This document shows positions 16,031 to 24,000 of a stretch of DNA of 24,000 nucleotides, one piece after another (positions within the stretch are counted from its first letter, which is position 1; each line of letters opens with the position of its first letter). The position numbers and the translations under genes are program-made. Origin of the DNA: an uncultured Phascolarctobacterium sp. (lineage in GTDB: Bacteria; Bacillota; Negativicutes; Acidaminococcales; Acidaminococcaceae); NCBI RefSeq assembly GCF_900770955.1, contig NZ_CAAGLX010000021.1, positions 85,631 to 109,630 on the forward strand, in the 5' to 3' direction. The notes below the pieces were generated by a model that saw only the letters and a list, made by a program, of their open reading frames with translations, did not search any database and was not told the DNA's origin.

Positions 16031-17946
16031 TGATGGAACATCTCAACATGCAATCTATGGATAAGGTTGCAGCAAACGTAGCCAAGATAAGGGAGCTATT
16101 CCCTAATTGCGTAACGGAAATAATCAATAAAGAGGGCAAGCTGGAGCATGCCATTGATTTTGATATGCTGAAACAGGAGCTTAGTGACCATGTTGTAGAT
16201 GGTTTGCAGGAACGCTATCAGTTCACTTGGCCGGATAAACGCAAGGCTATTCTTGCTGCTAATGCGCCGATTAATAAGACCTTGCGCCCCTGCAGAGAGG
16301 AGAGCGTAGACTTCGATAATACGGAGAACCTTTATATTGAAGGCGATAATCTGGAAGTGCTCAAGCTGCTGCAGGAAACGTATTTGGGCAAGGTGAAGAT
16401 CATTTATATTGATCCGCCGTATAATACAGGTAAGGATTTTGTTTATAATGATGATTTTAAGCAAAGCCTAGATGAGTATGTTGAAAACAGCGGACAGTTA
16501 GATGATGATGGCAATCGTCTTGTAGCTAATACAGAAAGCAATGGTCGTTTTCATACTGATTGGCTTAATATGATGTATCCAAGGTTGAAGCTGGCGAAGG
16601 ATTTATTGAGTGAAGATGGTGTTATTTTTATTAGTATAGATTCTATTGAATGTTCAAATTTACGTAAAATATGTGATGAAATATTTGACGTAGAAAATTT
16701 TATATGTAATGCAATTTGGAGATCTTCAGATAATAGCAATAATGATGCAAAAAAATTCTCTAATGATTATAATTCAACACTAATATATAGTAAGAACGCT
16801 TTATGGCAACCTCGAAAACAAGAAGATCCTGAAAAAAGAAAACATTTTAAAAATCCGGATAATGATCCTAAAGGAGCATATTTTGATGGTAATCCATTAA
16901 ATTCACCTAACTACAGAGAAAACTTGAGATATAATATTGTTTCACCTTCTGGAAAGATAATATATCCACCCAAAAATGGTTGGAGATGGTCAAAAGAAAC
17001 TATGTTGGAAAAAATTCGTACAGGTGAAATAAGATTTAATAAAGATGAGAATAACATAAAACGTAGAACTTATCTTTGTGATATGAAAGGATTACCACCT
17101 TCAAATTTGTGGATAGATTTTACGAGAACTGGGCATAATCGGCAAGCTAAATATGAGTTATTAAGTATATTGCCAGAAGATGTATTTGATACTCCGAAAC
17201 CGGTTTTGTTAATAAAATACATATTGAAATTAGTAGACGATTCAAAAAATGCGATTGTTATGGATTTTTTTAGTGGATCAGCTACTACTGCTGATGCAGT
17301 AATGCAAATGAACAATGAGGATTCTGGCAAGAGAAAATATATTTTAGTACAATTACCTGAAAATCTTGATTATAGTTTAGTCCATGCTTCGAATGATGGT
17401 AAAAAGACAATAGAAAATGCAATTGCATTATGCGATAAACTTAAAAGAAAACATCTTCTAACAGAAATAGCGAAGGAGCGCATCCGTCGTGCCGGCCAAA
17501 AAATCAAAGACGAAAATCCGCTGACAACACAGGATTTGGATATTGGCTTCCGTGTTTTGAAATGCGACAGCAGCAACATGGAAGATGTGTACTTCACACC
17601 GAAGGAATACATGGATAAACAGCAGAATTTGTTTGTCGATAATATTAAAGCAGACCGTAGCGACGAGGATTTGCTGTTTGATGCTATGCTGAAGCTGGAT
17701 ACGCCGCTTTCCAGTAAAATCGAAAAAAGAAGCATTGCCGGCAAAACTGTTTACAATGTGGCACAAGGTCATTTAATGGCATGCTTTGACAAGGATGTGA
17801 CGGATGAGGTTATCACCGCCATTGCCAAAGAAATGCCAAGCTATTTTGTTATGCGTGACAGCTCGCAGGCAGATGACAGCGTTGCAATTAACTTTGAGCA
17901 GATTTTCAACACCTATAGTCCGCAAACTGTGAGGAGGGTGCTGTAA
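16030..17946 (+). CDS. mod: Type III restriction-modification DNA methyltransferase (Mod), beta-class N6-adenine type
   Basis: IIYIDPPYNTGKDFVYNDDF (motif IV) precedes VMDFFSGSATTADAVMQMN (motif I), the beta-class order; N-terminal type III Mod-like region. Confidence 0.92.
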   Translation: MMEHLNMQSMDKVAANVAKIRELFPNCVTEIINKEGKLEHAIDFDMLKQELSDHVVDGLQERYQFTWPDKRKAILAANAPINKTLRPCREESVDFDNTENLYIEGDNLEVLKLLQETYLGKVKIIYIDPPYNTGKDFVYNDDFKQSLDEYVENSGQLDDDGNRLVANTESNGRFHTDWLNMMYPRLKLAKDLLSEDGVIFISIDSIECSNLRKICDEIFDVENFICNAIWRSSDNSNNDAKKFSNDYNSTLIYSKNALWQPRKQEDPEKRKHFKNPDNDPKGAYFDGNPLNSPNYRENLRYNIVSPSGKIIYPPKNGWRWSKETMLEKIRTGEIRFNKDENNIKRRTYLCDMKGLPPSNLWIDFTRTGHNRQAKYELLSILPEDVFDTPKPVLLIKYILKLVDDSKNAIVMDFFSGSATTADAVMQMNNEDSGKRKYILVQLPENLDYSLVHASNDGKKTIENAIALCDKLKRKHLLTEIAKERIRRAGQKIKDENPLTTQDLDIGFRVLKCDSSNMEDVYFTPKEYMDKQQNLFVDNIKADRSDEDLLFDAMLKLDTPLSSKIEKRSIAGKTVYNVAQGHLMACFDKDVTDEVITAIAKEMPSYFVMRDSSQADDSVAINFEQIFNTYSPQTVRRVL

Positions 17947-20900
17947 TGAAGTTCAGTTTTAAAATTCAGCAGTACCAGACAGATGCTGTTAATGCAGTAG
18001 TGGATGTGTTCAAGGGACAGGTGCGCCCTGCGCAGGATAGCAGCTACTTTTTTGATCCGGGAAAACTGGTGCCGGTGAAAACAAAAAAAGCAAAGAATAC
18101 AAGTGGCTATAATTTATTTCAGCAGGAGCTGGATGAACAGGAAGCCAAGCAGGATATTATTCTTGGTTATGCCAACGCGCCTATCAAATTGGATAAAACT
18201 CAGCTTTTGGAGAATATCAAGCTTATTCAAGGCAATAACAATATAACTCCGTCTAAAGAGCTTATAGAAGGTCAAGGCAAATGCAGTCTTGATATCGAAA
18301 TGGAAACAGGTACAGGCAAAACCTATGTCTATATCAAAACCATGTTTGAGCTGAATAAGCAATATGGCTGGAACAAGTTTATTATCATCGTGCCTTCTGT
18401 CGCAATTCGTGAAGGTGTCAGGAAAAGCTTTGAAATGATGGAAGAGCATTTCATGAGCCAGTATGGCAAGAAAGTGCGTTATTTCATCTATGACAGTAAG
18501 AATTTGACGAAGATAGATGATTTTGCCAAAAGCAACGAAATCAACGTAATGATTATTAATAATCAAGCTTTTGCCAAGTCTTTGAATGAGGAAAAGAATA
18601 AAGAAGGCCGTGGCGGTGATAAGGGTGCATTGATTATCTACAGTGAACGTGATGATTTTGGTTCACGCAAGCCTATTGATGTTATCGCCAAAACTAATCC
18701 TATTTTGATTCTAGATGAACCGCAGAAGCTGAATGGTCCTGCTACGCAAAAAGCAATGAAGCGCTTTAATCCGCTTTTTAGCGTCAATTATTCTGCTACG
18801 CATAAACAGGAGCATAACGAAGTATACCGTTTAGATGCGCTTGATGCCTACAATCATAAGCTGGTCAAAAAGATAGAGGTTAAGGGTATTGAGGTTGTAA
18901 ATCTCAAAGGCATTGACGGTTATCTTTACTGCGACAGCTTTGTAACCAGCAAAGATAAAGCACCTATGGTAAAGCTGGAATTTGAACAGCAGCTGAAAAG
19001 CGGTACTGTCAAGCGTGTTTTACGCAATTGTTCCTATGGAGATAATCTGTACGAGCTTTCTAACGGCATGCTGCAGTACGAAGGCTATAAAATCAGTGAA
19101 ATTGATGCCAGCGATACCGGTTGCGTAAGATTTACTAACGGCGAAGAATTACATAGCGGTGAAGTAGCCAACAACAGTCAGGAAATGGCAAACTTACGTC
19201 GTGTGCAGATTCGTGAAACTATAAAATCTCACTTTGAAAAGGAAGAACAGCTTTTTGCGCAGGGCATCAAAACCTTATCGCTATTTTTTATTGATGAGGT
19301 TGCCAAGTACAGATTATATGACGAAGATGGCACACAAAAGCTGGGCGAATACGGTAAAATCTTCGAAGAAGAATATCAGAAAATATTTAGAGATAGGATG
19401 CAGGAGCTTTATCAAACGCCTTATGGTGAATATTTGAGAAATATGGCTGCAGATGTAAGCGTTGTACATACAGGCTACTTCAGTATTGATAAAAAAGGTC
19501 ATAGCGTTGACAGTAAATGCGAACGTGGCAAGGATACTTCTAACGATGAATCTGCCTATGATTTGATTATGCGTAACAAAGAAGCACTGTTAAGCTTTAA
19601 TAATCCTGTACGTTTTATTTTCTCTCACTCCGCATTGCGTGAAGGCTGGGATAACCCCAATGTTTTTCAAATCTGTACCCTGAAGCAGTCCAACAGCAAT
19701 GTCAATAAGCGTCAGGAGGTCGGTCGTGGTATGCGTATCTGTGTTAATCAGCAGGGTGAGCGCATGGACGAAAGCGTATGCGGAGCTAATGTGCATATTG
19801 TTAATAAGCTGACGGTTATTGCCAGCGAAAGCTATGCCGGTTTTGTCGACAGCTTGCAGGATGAAATCAAAAAAGCTCTGTATGAACGTCCTGAAAAGGT
19901 ATCTATAGAGTACTTCTTTGGCAGAGTAGTAAAGGTTGGCGATGAAACTTATAAAATTGAAGGCGAGCAAGCTCGTCAGATAGTGAAATATCTTGACAGA
20001 CATGATTATCTTGACGATGATGACAGAATCACCGAAAAATATAAGCAGGATGCTGCCAACGGTACTTTGGAGCCTGTGCAGGATAAGCTTAAGGATATTG
20101 AGCCTGCTGTACATGTGCTGATTAAGAGCCTGTATGATAATGATTCACTTAAGGATATGATTACTAACGGTAATCAGACAACCGTTGAAAACAAGCTCAA
20201 CAATAAGAATTTTGAAAAGCAGGAATTTCAGGAGCTGTGGAAGCGTATCAACCGTAAGTGCGCTTATACCGTAAAGCTTGATAGCAATGAGCTGATTGAC
20301 AAGGCTGTAGCAGCAATTGATGCTAAGCTGCAGGTTACTCAAACACTTTATACCTTGAGCGTCGGAGATCAGAAGAATACTATGCAGGCGCATGAATTAG
20401 AGCAAAAAACCAGCTTTGTATCACCCGCGCATACTACAAACGTATTGGATAATGCTCATGACAGCAGCTTGAAGTATGATTTGCTGCACGAGCTGACGCA
20501 GCGAACATCGCTGACACGTCGCACGGTTGCTGCTATTTTGAGCAGAATCAATATGATGAAGTACATGAAGTTCCGTGATAATCCGGAAGAGTTTATCAGT
20601 AAGGTTGCACGTCTGATTAATGAACAGAAGGCAGGCCTGATTGTAGAAGGCGTTACCTACAATACGACAAATGAAGTATTTGACAAAGAAATTTTTACGG
20701 CAGAATGTCATCGTGTAGCTTTGTCAAAAGTATTTCCTGCGCTGCGTGCTGTAACTGATTACGTTGTTACTGATGGCATAGCCGAGCAGAGTGTAGAGCG
20801 CAAATTTGTTGAAAATCTGGATAAAGCAGATGAAGTTGCAGTATATGCAAAGCTTCCGCGTGGATTTTACATCCCAACGCCTGTAGGTAAATATTCGCCG

Positions 20901-21113
20901 GACTGGGCAATTGCTTTCAAAGAGGGTAAAATTAAGTACGTATATTTTATTGCTGAAACCAAAGGAACAAATGAAAGTACGGAACTGAAATCTATGGAGC
21001 AGGCAAAAATTAAATGTGCCGAGAAGCTTTTTGAAAAGCTTTCCAACGGCGAAGTGCATTACGGTCAGGTAAAGGATTACAAGAGCCTGATGGATATTGT
21101 ACTGGATAAATAA
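17946..21113 (+). CDS. res: Type III restriction endonuclease, Res subunit
   Basis: Walker A DIEMETGTGKTYVYIKTMFELN; ILDEPQKL; FSHSALREGWDNPNVFQICTLKQSNSNVNKRQEVGRGMRI; C-terminal PD-(D/E)XK-like PDWAIAFKEGKIKYVYFIAETKG. Confidence 0.93.
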   Translation: MKFSFKIQQYQTDAVNAVVDVFKGQVRPAQDSSYFFDPGKLVPVKTKKAKNTSGYNLFQQELDEQEAKQDIILGYANAPIKLDKTQLLENIKLIQGNNNITPSKELIEGQGKCSLDIEMETGTGKTYVYIKTMFELNKQYGWNKFIIIVPSVAIREGVRKSFEMMEEHFMSQYGKKVRYFIYDSKNLTKIDDFAKSNEINVMIINNQAFAKSLNEEKNKEGRGGDKGALIIYSERDDFGSRKPIDVIAKTNPILILDEPQKLNGPATQKAMKRFNPLFSVNYSATHKQEHNEVYRLDALDAYNHKLVKKIEVKGIEVVNLKGIDGYLYCDSFVTSKDKAPMVKLEFEQQLKSGTVKRVLRNCSYGDNLYELSNGMLQYEGYKISEIDASDTGCVRFTNGEELHSGEVANNSQEMANLRRVQIRETIKSHFEKEEQLFAQGIKTLSLFFIDEVAKYRLYDEDGTQKLGEYGKIFEEEYQKIFRDRMQELYQTPYGEYLRNMAADVSVVHTGYFSIDKKGHSVDSKCERGKDTSNDESAYDLIMRNKEALLSFNNPVRFIFSHSALREGWDNPNVFQICTLKQSNSNVNKRQEVGRGMRICVNQQGERMDESVCGANVHIVNKLTVIASESYAGFVDSLQDEIKKALYERPEKVSIEYFFGRVVKVGDETYKIEGEQARQIVKYLDRHDYLDDDDRITEKYKQDAANGTLEPVQDKLKDIEPAVHVLIKSLYDNDSLKDMITNGNQTTVENKLNNKNFEKQEFQELWKRINRKCAYTVKLDSNELIDKAVAAIDAKLQVTQTLYTLSVGDQKNTMQAHELEQKTSFVSPAHTTNVLDNAHDSSLKYDLLHELTQRTSLTRRTVAAILSRINMMKYMKFRDNPEEFISKVARLINEQKAGLIVEGVTYNTTNEVFDKEIFTAECHRVALSKVFPALRAVTDYVVTDGIAEQSVERKFVENLDKADEVAVYAKLPRGFYIPTPVGKYSPDWAIAFKEGKIKYVYFIAETKGTNESTELKSMEQAKIKCAEKLFEKLSNGEVHYGQVKDYKSLMDIVLDK

Positions 21114-21229
21114 AACCACAACCGAATATGGCATAAATCACGCTGATAGTTTGCTTGTGCCTATGTGTACACTCTTTTTGTAAAATCTTTACACTTGCCG
21201 CTATAAGAACAGGCTAATAATTTTCTTCA

Positions 21230-21258
21230 TTGACAAATAGCAGTAACAGTAATATAAT
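21230..21258 (+). promoter_or_regulatory. Consensus sigma-A-type promoter for the lysine riboswitch/dapB operon
   Basis: TTGACA (21230-21235), 17 bp, TATAAT (21253-21258). Confidence 0.85.
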
Positions 21259-21280
21259 TTTTTTAATAGCAAACCATTAA

Positions 21281-21440
21281 GATAGAGGCGCGGAAAGCAT
21301 GAGTAGGTTGTGGAGCGGGAGCTGAGAAGCATCACAAAAGGGCTAACGCCGAAGTGCAATGGCAGCCGTGTCGTTGTGCTGGGCCGTCAGTGAAAGCTGC
21401 CGGACTGTCGCTGCATCTGCAGCGGAGGGCTATCTCGGCT
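21281..21440 (+). promoter_or_regulatory. Lysine riboswitch (L box) aptamer
   Basis: Conserved blocks GATAGAGGCGC, GAGTAGG, AAGGGCTAACGCCGAAG, CTGGGCC, GGACTGTCGCTG, GGAGGGCTATCTC in the correct order upstream of dapB; P1 GATAG/CTATC. Confidence 0.95.
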
Positions 21441-21467
21441 ATGGGTGTGAATATTATTTAGCATGCT

Positions 21468-21514
21468 AACCGTTGAGATAGAATCCAAAGGAAATATCTC
21501 AACGGTTATTTTTA
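21468..21514 (+). terminator. Riboswitch-controlled intrinsic terminator
   Basis: AACCGTTGAGATA / TATCTCAACGGTT followed by atttttat. Confidence 0.92.
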
Positions 21515-21533
21515 TGATTAAGGAGTGAACGAC

Positions 21534-22304
21534 ATGATTCGTGTTTTGGTAAATGGTGCGCTGGGCCGCATGGGCAGCGAGGTATGTAAAAAGGTATATA
21601 GCGAAGCTGATTTGGAGCTTGTCGGTGCTGTAGATATTAAGGAAGGCACCGTGACTCTGGGTGACGGCGTTAAGGTAACTACTGACCTGGTTGCTGCGAT
21701 TGAGGCTGCCAAACCGGATGTTGTTGTTGACTTCACCCGTCCCGATGTTGTTATGGGCAACCTGCGCAAAATGCTGCCGCTTGGCGTACATGCCGTAGTT
21801 GGCACAACAGGCTTCAGCGATGCGGACTTAAAAGAGGTTGATGAGCTGGCACGCAAGCACAACACCAGCCTGCTGATTGCTCCGAACTTTGCGCTTGGCG
21901 CAGTTGTGATGATGAAGCTGGCGTGTGAGGCTGCCAAATACTTCCCGCATGTGGAAATTATCGAGAAGCATCACGATAACAAGCTGGATGCTCCGAGCGG
22001 TACTGCTATTATCACTGCACAAAAAATTGCTGAGGTGCGCAAGGCAATGCACCAAGGCAATCCTGATGAAAAGGAAACCATGGCAGGTGCACGCGGTGCC
22101 GATTACGAGGGCATGAAGATTCACAGTGTCCGCTTGCCGGGTTACGTTGCTTCCCAGGAGGTTATCTTCGGCGGTCAGGGCGAAACGCTGAAAATCAGTA
22201 CCGACCCGATTAACCGCGAATGCTACATGCCGGGCGTTGCGCTTGGCTGCCGCAAAATTGTTGACCAAGTAGGCCTGGTATACGGCTTAGATAAATTACT
22301 CTGA
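21534..22304 (+). CDS. dapB: 4-hydroxy-tetrahydrodipicolinate reductase
   Basis: MIRVLVNGALGRMGSEVCKKVY; VVDFTRPDVVMGNL; EIIEKHHDNKLDAPSGTA. AAGGAG ribosome binding site supports ATG 21534 rather than GTG 21525. Confidence 0.97.
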   Translation: MIRVLVNGALGRMGSEVCKKVYSEADLELVGAVDIKEGTVTLGDGVKVTTDLVAAIEAAKPDVVVDFTRPDVVMGNLRKMLPLGVHAVVGTTGFSDADLKEVDELARKHNTSLLIAPNFALGAVVMMKLACEAAKYFPHVEIIEKHHDNKLDAPSGTAIITAQKIAEVRKAMHQGNPDEKETMAGARGADYEGMKIHSVRLPGYVASQEVIFGGQGETLKISTDPINRECYMPGVALGCRKIVDQVGLVYGLDKLL

Positions 22305-22323
22305 TAGTGAGGGGGAAAATGTT

Positions 22324-23361
22324 ATGAAAAAGTATAACGTTGCTATTTTGGGCGCTACCGGTGCTGTTGGTACTGAATTTCTGAAGCTTATCGAAGAAAG
22401 AAACTTCCCGTTTGCCGAGCTGCGTCTGCTTGCTTCCAAGCGCAGCGCAGGCAAGCAGATTGAATTTATGGGCAAGACATATACTGTACAGGAGGCTACC
22501 AAGGACTCCTTCGAGGGCATTGATATCGCTCTGTTCGCAGGCGGCAGCATTTCCAAGGAGTTCGCTCCCTACGCTGTAAAGGCCGGTGCCGTTGTTATTG
22601 ATAACTCCAGCACCTTCCGTATGGATCCAGAGGTGCCGCTGGTTGTGCCGGAGGTTAACCCCGAGGATATCCTGAAGCACAAGGGCATTATCGCCAACCC
22701 CAACTGTTCTACCATTATTATGGTTATGGCACTGAAACCGCTGTATGACCTGGCACGCATTAAACGCATTGTCGTTTCTACCTATCAGGCTGTTTCCGGC
22801 GCCGGCAAGGAGGGCATTGACGAGCTCACCGACCAGACCAAGGCTTACAGTGAGGGCCGTGAGATGGAGGCACACATTCTTCCGTCCGCAAGCCTGCCGA
22901 AGCATTATCCGATTGCTTTTAACCTGATTCCGCAGATTGATGTTTTCCTTGACAATCTTTACACTAAAGAAGAGATGAAGATGATCAACGAAACCAGAAA
23001 GATTATGCATGATGACGAAATGCGCATCACCGCTACTACCGTGCGTGTGCCTGTATACCGCAGCCACAGCGAATCGGTAAACATCGAATTTGAGCATGAT
23101 CTGGAGCTGCAGGATATGGCAGCTGCAATCAACGCTTTCCCCGGCATTCAGATGATGGATGATCCGTCCAACCAGATTTATCCGATGCCTTTATATACCT
23201 CAGAAAAATATGACTGCTTCGTTGGCCGTCTGCGTCGCGATGAGTCTAACCCGAACACCTTCAACCTGTGGGTAGTAGGCGACCAGATCCGCAAGGGTGC
23301 TGCGCTGAACACGCTGCAGATTGCTGAGGTTATGATTAAAAACGGCTGGTTAGAAAAATAA
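22324..23361 (+). CDS. asd: Aspartate-semialdehyde dehydrogenase
   Basis: YNVAILGATGAVGTEFLKLIEER; IANPNCSTIIMVMALKPL; STYQAVSGAGKEGIDEL. Confidence 0.97.
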   Translation: MKKYNVAILGATGAVGTEFLKLIEERNFPFAELRLLASKRSAGKQIEFMGKTYTVQEATKDSFEGIDIALFAGGSISKEFAPYAVKAGAVVIDNSSTFRMDPEVPLVVPEVNPEDILKHKGIIANPNCSTIIMVMALKPLYDLARIKRIVVSTYQAVSGAGKEGIDELTDQTKAYSEGREMEAHILPSASLPKHYPIAFNLIPQIDVFLDNLYTKEEMKMINETRKIMHDDEMRITATTVRVPVYRSHSESVNIEFEHDLELQDMAAAINAFPGIQMMDDPSNQIYPMPLYTSEKYDCFVGRLRRDESNPNTFNLWVVGDQIRKGAALNTLQIAEVMIKNGWLEK

Positions 23362-23474
23362 TAATGCACCTCTGCGGTGTAAAGACTACCGGCGTACAGC
23401 TTGTACGCTACAGCCTTTCCGGCATCCGGTACATTTTGCATTTTAATTCAAACAGATGAGGAGCAATTTACATG

Positions 23475-24000
23475 AAAATCATTGTACAGAAATTCGGCGG
23501 CACCTCTGTTGCAAGTGAGGAAACCCGCATTGCAGTTAAAAATAAGGTACAGCAGGCTATCCGCAACGGTTACTCCCCGGTAGTAGTAGTTTCCGCAATG
23601 GGACGCAAGGGTGCGCCCTACGCGACCGATACTCTTATCGGCACTCTGAAGGACGTTAACCTTTCCGTTAATGTGCGCGAGATGGATATGATGATGTGCT
23701 GCGGCGAAATCATTTCTGCCTGCGTAATGGCAGCAACGCTGCAAAAATTCGGCATCAACGCTATGGCGCTCACCGGCGGTCAGGCAGGCATCGTTACTGA
23801 TTCCCAGTTTGGTGCTGCACGTATCAAAAACATCAATACCTCCGGTCTTATCCGTCTTTTGGAGGCAGGCATCATTCCGGTTGTCTGCGGTTTCCAGGGT
23901 ATGACGGAAAACAACTATAAATTTACGACATTGGGCCGCGGTGGCAGCGATACCTCTGCTGCTGCACTGGGCGCTGCGCTCAAGGCTGATTTTGTTGAAA
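23475..24000 (+). CDS. Aspartate kinase, 3'-truncated by the window edge
   Basis: gaggagcaatttacATG; MKIIVQKFGGTSVASEETRIAVKNKVQQAIRNGYSPVVVVSAMGRKGAPYATD...TLGRGGSDTSAAALGAAL. Not in the ORF track because it has no stop in the window. Confidence 0.95.

Noticed and set aside
1-24000. CRISPR array, transposase or prophage genes
   Set aside because: No regularly spaced repeats, cas genes, transposase, integrase or phage structural motifs were seen.

Overview
The window is a bacterial chromosome segment, probably from a Negativicutes/Firmicutes-like organism (inference from gene order and style only). From left to right it contains: (1) the 3' part of a TonB-like gene; (2) a convergent class I/II aminotransferase; (3) the canonical rimP-nusA-ylxR-ylxQ-infB-rbfA-nrnA-truB-ribF-rpsO translation cluster; (4) an intergenic region of about 0.7 kb with no long ORF; (5) a small XRE regulator; (6) a tightly coupled four-gene, type III restriction-modification-like operon (PLD-like/SNF2-type helicase, DUF4391-like protein, Mod, Res); (7) a consensus promoter plus lysine riboswitch, terminator, dapB, asd and the 5' part of an aspartate kinase gene. 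The most interesting region is the minus strand of about 10985-11601. It contains what reads as a complete type III hammerhead ribozyme (11389-11451, predicted cleavage between 11445 and 11444). Immediately downstream is a 43-aa hydrophobic small ORF with a Shine-Dalgarno sequence (11208-11339). Strand-polarised G-U-containing hairpins flank the pair, and a plus-strand promoter-like sequence could drive an antisense RNA over the small ORF. I propose this as a ribozyme-processed, possibly type I toxin-antitoxin-like or mobile RNA element. Other points of interest are the composite four-gene defence operon, an AT-rich mosaic segment inside mod, and a G7 tract upstream of the operon. No database searches or folding programs were run. 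All structures were paired by eye.
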